NCBI GenBank assembly: GCA_965206695.1
Contig: CBDBKM010000011.1
Location: forward strand, 288,001-352,000
From: Chlamydiales bacterium
GTDB taxonomy: Bacteria > Chlamydiota > Chlamydiia > Chlamydiales > JAAZZY01
DNA: 64,000 nt
Direction: 5' to 3'
Under the pieces are notes generated by a model, which saw only the letters and a program-made list of their open reading frames with translations, ran no database searches and was not told where the DNA came from. Position numbers and translations under genes: made by a program. Shown here piece after piece: positions 1 to 11,500 of the stretch (its first letter is position 1; every line of letters starts with the position of its first letter).

Positions 1-1041
1 ATTTCCGGGACTCACTAAGATTACCGACTTACTCCAAGCAAAGTGAAATAACTCTTCATCTAGTTGCACAGCTGTTGCAAATAGCGCCTCCATGGGTAGA
101 AACATTAAAACAATTTCCGGAGCATTTAACTTCGAATTATTGTGATAGTGCTTTGCACTTAAAGACTTGATGTGTGAATAAATAGACCCTAAAAACTCTT
201 TACCTATAAGCTTTTTTTCGTCCTTATCGTCTTCTTTCACATATCTCTCATAATGGATGAATGATACCTTCGAATCGATAATGATATGCTTGTTTTCGGG
301 TAATTTAATCGTTACATCAGGCAGCTGCCTCTTTCCTTCAGCATCTACTAAGTCTAATCCTTTACCTTGAAGGATAAATTCTGTTCCTTCTCTAAGACCT
401 GATGATTCCAATATTCGCTGTAACACCATCTCACCCCAATTCCCTTGGCATTTAACCTCGCCTTTAAAAGCTTTAGTCAAATTGCAAGCCTGATCACTAA
501 TAAGCTGAATTTCCTTTTGCAGAGCAAAACGTTCTCTCGATTCTTGATTATAAGCCTCACTGACTTGTTTTTTGAAGACTTCCAAATCTTTTTTAAAAGG
601 ATTAAGAATCGTTTCAATGTTCTTCTTTGAGTCCTCAACAAAACGCTTGGATCGATCTTCAAAGATCTTATGTGATAAATTATGAAATTCATCAGTAAGG
701 CTTTTTTTTACTTTGTCTAAGTGCTCTTGTTGCTCTTTGATCTTCCCTTCTATCGACTCCTTTTCAGAGATTAAGGTCGCATTGGATTTTTCAAGCTGAG
801 TATTTTCATTGATTAGAGTAGATATACGGTCTTCTAATTCAGGAATCCGTTGCACTTGAGCCTCATAAGAACTACAGGCATTACTGGCTTTAAGATAGTT
901 TTTTTGCAGCTCCTCTTTAAGTTTTAATAGCTGAGTCTTCTCATTGTCCAATAAAATTTGTTTCTTTCTAAGAAATAGAAGATAGAAGCCAAATACGACA
1001 ATAATACCTAATCCCAAGAGCAAAAACGTCCGGTAATTCAT
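1..1041 (-). CDS. rmuC: DNA recombination protein RmuC (3' end runs off the window)
   Basis: Manual translation from ATG at 1041 (GGAGGGAG RBS) gives an N-terminal TM segment, a coiled coil, then GNWGEMVL..., QLPDV, IIIDSKVS and VLMFLPME motifs. Confidence 0.9.
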   Translation of the reverse strand, partial: MNYRTFLLLGLGIIVVFGFYLLFLRKKQILLDNEKTQLLKLKEELQKNYLKASNACSSYEAQVQRIPELEDRISTLINENTQLEKSNATLISEKESIEGKIKEQQEHLDKVKKSLTDEFHNLSHKIFEDRSKRFVEDSKKNIETILNPFKKDLEVFKKQVSEAYNQESRERFALQKEIQLISDQACNLTKAFKGEVKCQGNWGEMVLQRILESSGLREGTEFILQGKGLDLVDAEGKRQLPDVTIKLPENKHIIIDSKVSFIHYERYVKEDDKDEKKLIGKEFLGSIYSHIKSLSAKHYHNNSKLNAPEIVLMFLPMEALFATAVQLDEELFHFAWSKSVILVSPGN

Positions 1042-1234
1042 AATATCTCCCTCCTTGATAATAAAAACGAAATCCTAACAAAATTTATCGAAAAATGAAA
1101 CATTCGAATCGACAGAACCAATCAATTGAATCAATAGTAAAGATCGTTTTATATCGACAATTAATAAGTTTGTCGCTAAATGGGATTTTAATTTATTATG
1201 ATATCGACAATAAACAAAGTATTTAATTTTTTAT

Positions 1235-1263
1235 TTGACAAAAATTAAAAAATTTGTTATAAT
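1235..1263 (+). promoter_or_regulatory. Consensus sigma70/sigma66-type promoter upstream of the orphan cluster
   Basis: TTGACA-17 nt-TATAAT, an exact consensus match. Confidence 0.8.
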
Positions 1264-1428
1264 AGCGAACGCAAACAAAATAGAAAGTTGCAAAAATACA
1301 ACTACCGAAACGAATACCTTTCAAAAATTGACATCTTCCTAAAAAGGGAAAAGCTTGTTAAAAATATTTGATAAATATTCCGATTAATTAAAATTAAATT
1401 ATCTTATAACAAAGAGGTTAGATCTAAC

Positions 1429-1953
1429 ATGAGTATTCAAACATTAAATACCTCTCGAATAATTAAAGCTATTGATAATTGTGATAATACTTTAAACGGC
1501 ACACAAAAATCTGAGACGGATGGCACCATAATAGCTCTTATCACGGGTTATGGAGATTTAGAACAACAGATCAATACAGAATTAAAAATGCTTAAATTAC
1601 TCTTAAGCCAAGGAGCCAACTTTAAAAATTCGGGAGACTGGGAAACAGGACAAGGATACCAATTGCTTTCGCAAATTAAAGAAGTATTCAGCACTCTTAG
1701 TAAAAAACTTAATGAATTGATCCATTCAAGCGATCCAAATGATCAAAAGGCTGCAAAAAGCCCTGAATTCGTAGTATTATATGCAGCTTTCACTTCTCCT
1801 CTCGGCGGAGGATCATACCCGTCTCTCTTTGATGCAGCGAATGAAAACAGCGATGATGATTTAGCAAATGATCTTGCTTCTTTAAATAGTGGCGATAATC
1901 CTGAAGTGAACAAGTTATTTAGTTGGATACAAGATTATATCAATAAATATTAA
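1429..1953 (+). CDS. Hypothetical helical protein, paralog 1 (candidate secreted effector)
   Basis: 174 aa ORF with GAGG RBS; shares SSxPxDQK..S..F..L..AF...S.PSL..AA with the next ORF. Confidence 0.75.
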   Translation: MSIQTLNTSRIIKAIDNCDNTLNGTQKSETDGTIIALITGYGDLEQQINTELKMLKLLLSQGANFKNSGDWETGQGYQLLSQIKEVFSTLSKKLNELIHSSDPNDQKAAKSPEFVVLYAAFTSPLGGGSYPSLFDAANENSDDDLANDLASLNSGDNPEVNKLFSWIQDYINKY

Positions 1954-1971
1954 ATTAAATAAAAAAATTAA

Positions 1972-2442
1972 ATGAACTTAATCTCATTACATAATGACAT
2001 AATAAATATGGCCATATTAACAGAAGTATACATGTTTACAAACGACAACACTCCAAATATTGATCAATTAAATACGGATTTAGAAGCATTAATTAAACTC
2101 CTTAATGACCTCATAAATGACACCGACTCTGATGATTTAAACAATAACCACTCTCTTGAACTCAGCATGATTAAAACTCTCATTAAGGACGTCAATAGTG
2201 ACTTTGAAAAGATTAAAAATTCAAGTAATCCCCAAGATCAAAAATTGGCTCATTCAGAAATTTTTGATCAATTAGAAAGGGCTTTTAATACAAAATCAGA
2301 TAGTTTACCTTCATTGATTCAAGCTGCTGCAGAACCGACCGATAGTGAATTAGCTACCGTATTAGCACATATGAATTTAACTCATTCAACATCTGATTTG
2401 ATTGAAAAAATCGATACTTTTATCTATCCGGATATGAATTAA
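1972..2442 (+). CDS. Hypothetical helical protein, paralog 2
   Basis: 156 aa ORF; SSNPQDQKLAHSEIF..AF..SLPSLIQAA aligns with paralog 1. Confidence 0.7.
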   Translation: MNLISLHNDIINMAILTEVYMFTNDNTPNIDQLNTDLEALIKLLNDLINDTDSDDLNNNHSLELSMIKTLIKDVNSDFEKIKNSSNPQDQKLAHSEIFDQLERAFNTKSDSLPSLIQAAAEPTDSELATVLAHMNLTHSTSDLIEKIDTFIYPDMN

Positions 2443-2547
2443 TATTTCCGGGATGCATTTAAATAAGTGCATTTCGTAATAATAAAAAAGCGCTCTAAAT
2501 GAGCTCTTTAATTAATAAACATAAATAATTATTGAGGTTATATAATT

Positions 2548-3105
2548 ATGAACTTACCTGCAACAAGTAATACGGCACAACATCAAATTAGCGCATCTCT
2601 TCAACTGTTAGAAACCGGAAGAAGCGAAAGAGCAGATAAAGCCAGAAACATTAATAATAATGAAGACGGTGTTTCTAAAGAAGACCCTGCATTTGATCTT
2701 CAAGAAGCTCTTAGAGAATTAAATACTCTTTTAGCTCAAATGGCTGATCATGATCCGGAATGGTTAAAGACTGCTGCCGGGTACCAACTTTTAGGTGAAT
2801 TAGCTCTTGTTTTAGAAAGAGTTGAAAAAGATGTTCAAGGTGTTGCAAATGGAAACACACAAGCTGATAAGCTAATTAAAAACAATATGTCTTTTCAAAT
2901 GCTTCAAACACTTTACACATCTAAGCCCGGTTCTGATCACAGTATCTTCGATTGTGTCGACGAGTACCTAGATAACCCAAAGAAAGGAATTAACGAATTA
3001 GCTACTACTTTTGGTGATTTACTCGGTTCCGGCGCTATCAAGTTTCTTATGCAAGATAATACAAACTACATCAACAATCCATACCAGATAAGGAATAATT
3101 CGTAG
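2548..3105 (+). CDS. Hypothetical helical protein, divergent paralog 3
   Basis: 185 aa ORF with GAGG RBS; shares L..LL.Q, GYQLL and S(L/I)FD with paralog 1. Confidence 0.7.
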   Translation: MNLPATSNTAQHQISASLQLLETGRSERADKARNINNNEDGVSKEDPAFDLQEALRELNTLLAQMADHDPEWLKTAAGYQLLGELALVLERVEKDVQGVANGNTQADKLIKNNMSFQMLQTLYTSKPGSDHSIFDCVDEYLDNPKKGINELATTFGDLLGSGAIKFLMQDNTNYINNPYQIRNNS

Positions 3106-3132
3106 TATAGAATTGTAGTGTATGAATTCAAA

Positions 3133-3165
3133 TAGTAGGGCAAAAAATCTAATTTTTTGCCCCGC
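3133..3165 (+). terminator. Hairpin, probable intrinsic terminator
   Basis: GGGCAAAAAAT-CTA-ATTTTTTGCCC inverted repeat. Confidence 0.55.
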
Positions 3166-3197
3166 TATTAATCATTTAAAATTTAAGGTAAACCAAA

Positions 3198-3845
3198 ATG
3201 CTTCATTCAATTAATAATCAATCTAATATAAATCAAATAGAATACACTCAAGGAACAACTTTATCGAATGCGTCATCATCCGACACAACAAACCCTTGGG
3301 AACAAGCTCTTGAAGAGTTATTCAAGGAAATGGGAGATCTTACAGATCCAAAAGCCAGAGATGCGATCATGAAAGAAATACAATCTTTGAAACAGTTAGT
3401 TGATGGTCCGGGATCAAGCAGCCCATTTTCAGGTCATTTTGACACACTTTATTCCGATTATGTCAAATTTTACAATGATCCAACTAATCCTGATTTAAAA
3501 AAAACAGTGCAAAAAGACTTACATGCTATCCAAGCGGATACTCCACCTGCTGCTCCTTCTACCCCCTTATCAAGGGAGTTCAAAAAAGAATTAAGCAAGA
3601 TCATACAAGACGTTCTATTACCTTTACTTGGACAGGATTCAAAAGATTTTAATAAATTTCAGGCAGCTTTGAGAATTTTCAAAGATTTTGGAGCATTAAT
3701 GACTCCTGCATTACAGCAAGATTTGACCCAAATTGAACAAGATTATAACACCTACATGCAAGATCCGACTAATAATTGGCAATATCGTGAAATGACAGAA
3801 ATTGCTTTAGCTCAACTCTCTATAGCTCTTGAATCTCCATATTGA
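3198..3845 (+). CDS. Hypothetical protein with an internal repeat (candidate effector)
   Basis: 215 aa with an S/T/N/Q-rich N-terminus; DYVKFYNDPTN and DYNTYMQDPTN repeat. Confidence 0.7.
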   Translation: MLHSINNQSNINQIEYTQGTTLSNASSSDTTNPWEQALEELFKEMGDLTDPKARDAIMKEIQSLKQLVDGPGSSSPFSGHFDTLYSDYVKFYNDPTNPDLKKTVQKDLHAIQADTPPAAPSTPLSREFKKELSKIIQDVLLPLLGQDSKDFNKFQAALRIFKDFGALMTPALQQDLTQIEQDYNTYMQDPTNNWQYREMTEIALAQLSIALESPY

Positions 3846-3871
3846 TAATAGTAAAAACTTAAATAAGACTT

Positions 3872-5572
3872 TTAGTAAGTTAATAAAATACCGAAGTTAA
3901 CATTTTTGCCCGCTATACTGTTGCCTAACCATGTTTTATGGAGTCTTAGACCCCAATCAAAACGAAGAGATAGATAAGGCTTATAAATATAGCGAAGAGC
4001 AGGCCCTACACTGATCAAATACTCAATGTTAGGCTCACTCGTACTTAAATCCGTATTGTCAGTAACGGTATGAACATTACCTCCCACTGCTATATCAAAA
4101 AAAGCAAGCACACGTAGTTCATCATCAACACGACCGGGATTAAAAAATTTCAAGATCCCAAAGGGAGGAGATCTTAATTCTAAGTTTGCGATAAAGACAT
4201 CATCAACACTTATTTCACGCTCTTCATACCCTCTAACGGTATCATATCCTCCTAACCCATATTGTTCACCGGGAAGTAAATCTTCTGTAGCTAACTGTCC
4301 TCTTAACTGGATCCATCCTAGGATATTTTCCGGAAAACGATATAAATCTGAAAAAGTCATCCGTGTGTAGAAATACTTCGGTTGAGCATGTGGAGTTAAC
4401 ATGCGATAATCATCTACTGACATATGAGGATACATCTGACCGGGAGACCAGTAGCCTAACAGATTAAATGATATCTTATTATTAGGGTGTTCGACACCGA
4501 CACTTAGTCCTACCATAAATTGTGAAATATTAACTCTGTGAGCTATGCGCAGTTGATTTTCAGCAGCGGCAAATTCTATGTTATTATTGGTAGTCTTAAA
4601 GTCATAGCCAATACTAACTTCCAGAATATGTTTTTTATACAAGGGAGGTATGGGTATTTGATATCTAACACTCGCCTGACCACTATAGCCTTCGACATGC
4701 ATAAAAGTAATATTAGGACTCATCCTAGCCCAACCGCCAAAGAAAACAAGAAAATTTCTCCATGGCAAGGGTATCGTCCAATGACCGGTATACGCTTGAA
4801 ATCCGGAAAAATCCGATGAATAAGAGGAACTAAATGAAAACCACTGGTCTGCAAAAAAAGCATTTCCCCATTCAAAACCGGCGAATAGCCTTTCCTTGCC
4901 GGTAGAGTTATTACCCGTATTATCAAAGCCAATAAAAGGTCTTACAGGAAACCTATCCGGTGTTATGAATTCAATATCGGTCGTATTACCTTTATCTCCC
5001 GGAGTGAAAACAACATCTGTAACACGATAAGGATTTTGATTGAGCCATGCAACATCATTTAACAGCATATCCATATTAATGGTTTCATTGGGTCTCATTC
5101 TAATATAGCTTTCAAGTAAATCATCAGTAAACCATTGATTTTTTTTATACCGTATAGCTCCTACTTTCCCTTCTGTTACAATAACTTTTAAAACACCATC
5201 TGTTACATCTTGTCCCGGAATTTTAACGAGAATAAAAGGATGGGCATACTTAGCGAAATAATTTAAGATAATATCATGAATATCTTCTGTCAGTCCGGTG
5301 GTAATAGCTCTACCAAACTCGTCTTTTAGTTCTTGTTTCAGTTTCTCAGACGGTCCCGGAATATCAAGGTGATAAATCTTTAACCCATCGACCCCTTCAG
5401 AATCAATTTTATGAAAATCTTTTTCATCTCCTATAAGAACAAGCCCTGTTAAATCAGACTGAGCCAAACTATTAAAAGGGGTTGTTAGTGAAAGTTCGGA
5501 AAAGGCAAAGGATAGGGGTAGTATTGTCAATAAGAGAAAAATACCATGAATAATTTGTTTTTTTAATGTCAT
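3872..5572 (-). CDS. ShlB/FhaC/HecB-family TpsB outer-membrane transporter
   Basis: Signal peptide, POTRA-like region (GQDVTDGVLKVIVTEG), EQYGLGGYDTVRGY motif, terminal Tyr. Confidence 0.92.
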   Translation of the reverse strand: MTLKKQIIHGIFLLLTILPLSFAFSELSLTTPFNSLAQSDLTGLVLIGDEKDFHKIDSEGVDGLKIYHLDIPGPSEKLKQELKDEFGRAITTGLTEDIHDIILNYFAKYAHPFILVKIPGQDVTDGVLKVIVTEGKVGAIRYKKNQWFTDDLLESYIRMRPNETINMDMLLNDVAWLNQNPYRVTDVVFTPGDKGNTTDIEFITPDRFPVRPFIGFDNTGNNSTGKERLFAGFEWGNAFFADQWFSFSSSYSSDFSGFQAYTGHWTIPLPWRNFLVFFGGWARMSPNITFMHVEGYSGQASVRYQIPIPPLYKKHILEVSIGYDFKTTNNNIEFAAAENQLRIAHRVNISQFMVGLSVGVEHPNNKISFNLLGYWSPGQMYPHMSVDDYRMLTPHAQPKYFYTRMTFSDLYRFPENILGWIQLRGQLATEDLLPGEQYGLGGYDTVRGYEEREISVDDVFIANLELRSPPFGILKFFNPGRVDDELRVLAFFDIAVGGNVHTVTDNTDLSTSEPNIEYLISVGPALRYIYKPYLSLRFDWGLRLHKTWLGNSIAGKNVNFGILLTY

Positions 5573-5583
5573 ATTTCCTTTCT

Positions 5584-8500
5584 CTATGGAGTAGGCCTTT
5601 CAGCCGGGTCGATCTTGATAGGTTTTAATGTCTTTTTAGTATGATAGTTTCTAACAATTCTTCTCAACATATTCAAGTTGCTTTTAGAAAGAATATTACC
5701 CTCACCTGCGGCAGTTAAACTTGTTGCAAATTCAACGAAATCGGCATCTTGAGCAAATAAGAAGTCATCAAATGTCTGCATATTTTGAAATTCTGATGCT
5801 AACACCTGCTCTGTAGTTACAATGACAATAACCGGTATTGAACCGGGATTTTTATAGAAAAAAGTAAAAGGGCTTCCTCCATAATCACCGGGATAATAGG
5901 TAAACCATTTTTCAGTGGCCGAATCGATTTCAAAAGGACCCTCTACATAAGTGGTGCCATTAATCGCCCCTATCACTGAATTTAACTCTCTCATGGCCGT
6001 AAAGATACGGACCTTGCCACCTGCTGTGGACTTAATAACGACTCCGGCAGCTTTGGCAAAGCTTCCTTTCCCTATAAAAGGAAAGACCGGGTATTTATTA
6101 TCGACAACCACTGTTATCGCGCCTGATGTGGTTTCCAATTTACTTGTACTATTCATGCTCATATTAACATCGGAAAATATTTCCATTTCCCCTGTTCCTA
6201 AATTTTGAATACGTGAAGAACCATTTAAAACGATATTATTTCCGGCATCGGCATAATAAGTTCCATTCAACATGTTTTCTACAAACGAGACATCATTCAA
6301 AGTCAAATTACGACCCATATTCATAAACAATCCTGAGCCTTGATTTAGAATAAAGGCATTACTATTTAAAACCATATTTGTACCGGCATCTGCAATCATA
6401 ATCGAATCGCCATCATGCCGGAAAAATGAATTTTGATTTAATGTCATATTATTACCGGCATTGATTAAAGTAACGCGCTGCATTGTTCCTGCGCCTAAAT
6501 TGCGAATAAAGGCTAAGCTTATAGCTCCACCATCCAGGACCATATCCACTGCACAATTAACTAAAAGAGTGCTTTCAGATCCAAGTATTCTAGCCTCAGC
6601 GCCTGCGGCAGTTCCTGCTGTCATGGTAACAGAACCTTGTGGGTTACCTCGAGTACTCATGCCTCGCATATTAACAATATGTTTTTTTAAAGCATATAAC
6701 TCCGCATAAGCCACAGTATCAGCTCCTCCTTGCATAATGAGATCTTTACCGGCATATATTTCCATATTTTTTGCTAAAGATTTAATTCCGGTATAGCCAT
6801 GCATATCTCCTCTACCAAGTGTTATATTTTGAGCCCCACGAGTTATAGTGCCATCTGAAGAGCTACCTATCTCAATATTACCGGTTAGAGTGACTATTTC
6901 TGTTTCTACAGGAGAAGTTGCCCCTCCAAGTAAAGTGATATCAACTGCTGAAGTTTGATTTTTGGTTAATCAAAATATCGGTGTTAGCCGTAACAGTAGC
7001 ATTTTCCGGTTTGCAATGCTGAGGGAGGCGTTCTGATATCATTATTAATATCGAAATTATCAGAAGCGGTAAGCGTTAATGTTAGACCTGAATAAATATC
7101 TGAAAAGCCGGTAGGAGCAGCTGTACTTGTGCCTCCAAGAACATTAATTCCTTTGGCATTTATAGTAATACCACCGGTTGTCACTTGTTGTGGTCTTACA
7201 TTGATCACTCTAGCTAATCCATTATCTGTTCCGGTCGGGCCATAAAGATTCAAAGTACCCGTGGAAATATTAATGGTGCTTGTTGCTGTTGAAGGCGCCG
7301 GAGCCAAAGTACCTATTGAAGCTACTCCTGCCAGGCTTCCGTTATCATTACCGGCATCTAAAGTAACGGCACCTGTTAAAGAGGTTGTTACCATTATGGA
7401 TCCTATAGATAAATTAACAGGTTGATTGGTACCGGCATTGTAATACCCTATAATCGAATTATTTTGATTGCCTTTCATCAGTTCTATCGTTCCACTACCG
7501 GCGACGACTTGTACTTGATTAGATACACCCGTTAAATTTCCCGTAGGATTGACTCTCGGATTATGATAGCCGATAATCGCATGAGTCAGTGTCCCTGTTC
7601 CCGGAGTTAGGGTCGTATTACCTGCCCCTACTACATTCACCGAGAAATCACCGCTTGTATTATTCACAAGATTTGTTAGTTCATTCCCATGACCAATAAT
7701 AGCTGTCGTATTATTATTCGTACCTCCATTTAAATTAACCGAACCCGTTATGCCGTTAAAAGTTATGTTACCTGCAGCACTTATATTACTAGTGCCGTTA
7801 AAAGGGGACTGCCCAATTTGAACATAAGATGAGTCGCCGGTACCTGCATTTAGCGTAACATTCCGGGTCACATTAGAAAACGTGATATTACTTTGTACCA
7901 CCGTCTCTGTACTATATTCACCTCTCCCTATCTGAGCATACGCATTTGCTGTTGGCCCCCCATTTAAAATGATATCCCTTTCAACACGAGAATCGGTAAT
8001 ATTTCCGATTCCAGAAGATATTTCGACATAGCAAAACGTATCGGCTCCTCCGGTGGCAACCCCGTTACCATTCAACATAAGATCTCTATTAATGGTGAGG
8101 GTGATATCTCCGGAATCATTTCTAATTAATGCATTCGGACGGTTAATAGCCTTAGTCATATTACTTCCTGCAGTCCAAAGTTAGATCCCGTCCTGTAATG
8201 ATAGAGATATTTCCTGAAGTATTTTGAACCAAAGCTAATACATTGTCTTCATCACCTGCTTGCATATTCATATCATTAGAAGTATTGATGGTTATGTCAT
8301 CGGTAACGGCAATAATGCTCGAACTCGCCTTACTCATAGTATTTCCTACTAAAATATCTGTAGCACCCGCACTAATATTACCTACTTGAATCGTACCGTC
8401 TAAAGAATTGATTAAAGCAATAGCCGTAAAATTAACCCCACCTTTCATGGTGACAGTACTTGCTGATTGTGACACATTCATTGCAATATTTTTATCGGCT

Positions 8501-11500
8501 ACAATTTGAGCAAAGCCATTTTGAAAAGTAGTCGGACTTAAAAGGGGTCATTATTTACATCTAAGTTTGTAGTAAAATCTAGAGTTAAATTTCGACAGGA
8601 ATATATATCTGAAAAACCTGTTACTGCTCCTGTACCTCCTGTTAATGTAGTATCGATCGTATCAATACTGATGTCATATGCATCAACAACATTAGGTCTA
8701 TTATTTACAACACGAGCGGCCCCGTCTTCAACCATACCCATAGTAACAGGCCCTCTAAAGCTCTAGCTTCCCGGTTGTAATATTGATATTACTTCTTGCC
8801 GTACTATCATTCGTAAACGTTCCAATAGCTGCAATACCCGCTTGAGTACCATTTTTAAACCCTGCTTGTAAAATAGTCGTATTAGGAGCAGATTTTGGCG
8901 TTTGAATCATTATATCGTTAACGGTTAAATTTAAACCGGAAGCCACACCATTTGAACCATTATAATAGCCAATGTTAGCATTTGTAGAGTCTCCGGCAAG
9001 TAAAATTGATATCGCCGGACTGAGAAATCACAGTAAATCCTGTTGAACTCATAGCTGTTAACAACACCGGTAGAACCACCGGTTGGATTATGAAATCCTA
9101 TGATCGCATGGGTTTTAGGGGCAGTGCCTGCTGTTAAATCAATATCGCCTGTCGCTTTAACTGAAATATTTCCTGAAATAGTTCCTATATCCGGAGATAA
9201 CTCATTACCATGACCAATAATGGCTGTGGCATTCATTGCTGAACCACCATTTATTACAACATCTCCGTTAGAAAAATTTACCGGAAAAGTCACATCGCCT
9301 GTAACAGAATAATTATTGGCCGCTCCAAAAGGAGAATGACCTATTTGAACATAAGCACCTGTTCCAAGGCCTGTTGCTGTTGCATTTAAACGTAACATTA
9401 CCTTGCAAAGTGTCAAAAGTGATCGTGCTACTCAAAGTAGTACCCAAGAAAGAACCTATGCCAATCTGAAGCATATGCCATTAGTTCCTGCACCACCCTG
9501 CAGTTCTAAATTACCATTCGTCAGGCCGAAAGTCATAGGAGCATTTGTACCTCCGATTTGAGCAAAAGCTAATGTCCCTGTTCCTCCGGTAAGGGTAAAT
9601 ATTCTGTCCACTGCGTATAGTCATCGTTCCATTAACACCTCCAATTTCTGCACCGGCAGAAAGGGGTTCCGGTCCCGGCTCCACCTTGAAGGAAAATGGA
9701 ATTCATGACATTTATCACACTATCACCTGAATTAGCCAAAATCTGTGATGGACCTTGTCCTAAAGCATCGCCGATTGTTAACTGATTGGTCCCGGAACCG
9801 AGTAAATATCCAAATAAAAACGGTCCCTCCCTGAGATCGTATAACAGCTTGAGAGGTAGGATTGGTACCTCCAATAACTTGAGTATTAACCGATGTATTG
9901 ACAAGAATACTATTAAACCCATTTTATTTCTGCATAACTATTTTGTAAAACCCCTGCCCCGGCCTATTGACTTCAAGATCACCTGTTAAATTGATTGTTA
10001 TATCTCTAGCGGAATAAATATCGGCAAAACCGGAAGTACTGATTCCTCCTAATAATGTTAGGGACACTCCCGTTAAACTAATATTCCTTGTACTACTTGC
10101 CGGAGTTGAAACACCCGGACGATTATTGACTATTCTTGCAGCACCATTATCTGTACCTACAGGGCCTGTTAGAGTTATTGCTCCGGCATTAATAGTGATA
10201 TTACTTTCTGCCGCTCCATTATTAACCATTGTTCCAATTACAGCACCTCCTGCAATATTTGATCCTTGAGCTCCTCCTTGTAAGGTCAAATTACCGGGGT
10301 AATTCCTATGTTGATCTGATTAATAATCACGTTATTGTCATTCGTCGGCATAGTAGAGTTATTATAATAGCCGACTGTAGCATTACTACCCGTCGTTGCG
10401 GTTAAGGTTAAGGCAGCAGCTGAATTATTTAGAATATCTATTTTATTAGAAGTGCATAAAAAATCGACTCCTGATCCATTAGCCGGATTCTGAAATCCAA
10501 TAATAGCATGACATTTGTCGGCAGATCCTCCTAAAGGGTAATACCATTTGCTACTCTTATTGTTATATCTCCTGAACATGACCCAATCAAAGCTGAGCTT
10601 TCATTGCCATGACCCAAAATAGCAGAAGCACTATCCGCTCCCCCACCGGTTAAGTTCAATATACGAGCGAAAAACATAGGAAATGTAATATCTCCTTGAA
10701 CAGTGATAGCATTTGCAGTAGCTCCATTTAAAAGGGCTATGCCCTAATTGAGCATAAAGCATTCATTCCATTCCCACCGGTTATATTTACATCATTAGAT
10801 AAGGTAGTAAATATAATATCACTTGTAATTTGAGTAATATTAGCTAACTGCAAATTACCTCTGCCTATTTGAGCAAATGCACCGGAACCGACTCCTCCTA
10901 AATAAAGTTAAATTATTTAGAAGATCGATAGTTATATTTCCCGTATTAGATGCCAGCTGAGCATAAGCTGCTGTTCCTGTGCCTCCGTTTAAAACAAGAT
11001 CATTACCAACCTTTAAAATCATTGAACCCGAATGAGAAAGAATTTCCGCTTGTGTAGCCGTACCAACATTGCCACCGCCTTGCATTGTCAAGTCACTCGG
11101 AATAAAACCATGTTGAAGAGCCGGAATTCATTAAAAATTTGAGAAGCAGCTTCACTCGCTGTTGATCCAACAGTAACATTTAGAATTTGCGTACCCCCAC
11201 CGAATGCCCCTATATTAATAAATCCATTATTTGCTTGTAATAATGCAGATGCGGTAGCAACATCTCCGGCAATGACATCCAGTCTATTACCCGGAAAGTC
11301 TTGATTTAAAATAATATTACGATCGGCTACCACTTGTGCAGGTGCTCTCTGAGGAGGCGTACTCGAATTAACAGTAAAATTATTTACTCTAATAATGAGA
11401 TCTCTATTTGAATATATTTCAGCTATAGCTCCTGTGGTTATACTGGCTCCGCCCAACACTGAAATATCGGTACTATCAAGCGTTCCTAAAGTAATATCGG

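Noticed and set aside
445..692. Short ORFs 445-630 and 477-692, and similar antisense or off-frame ORFs inside tpsA, pnt, cyo and transposases
   Set aside because: They are shadows of well-supported genes.
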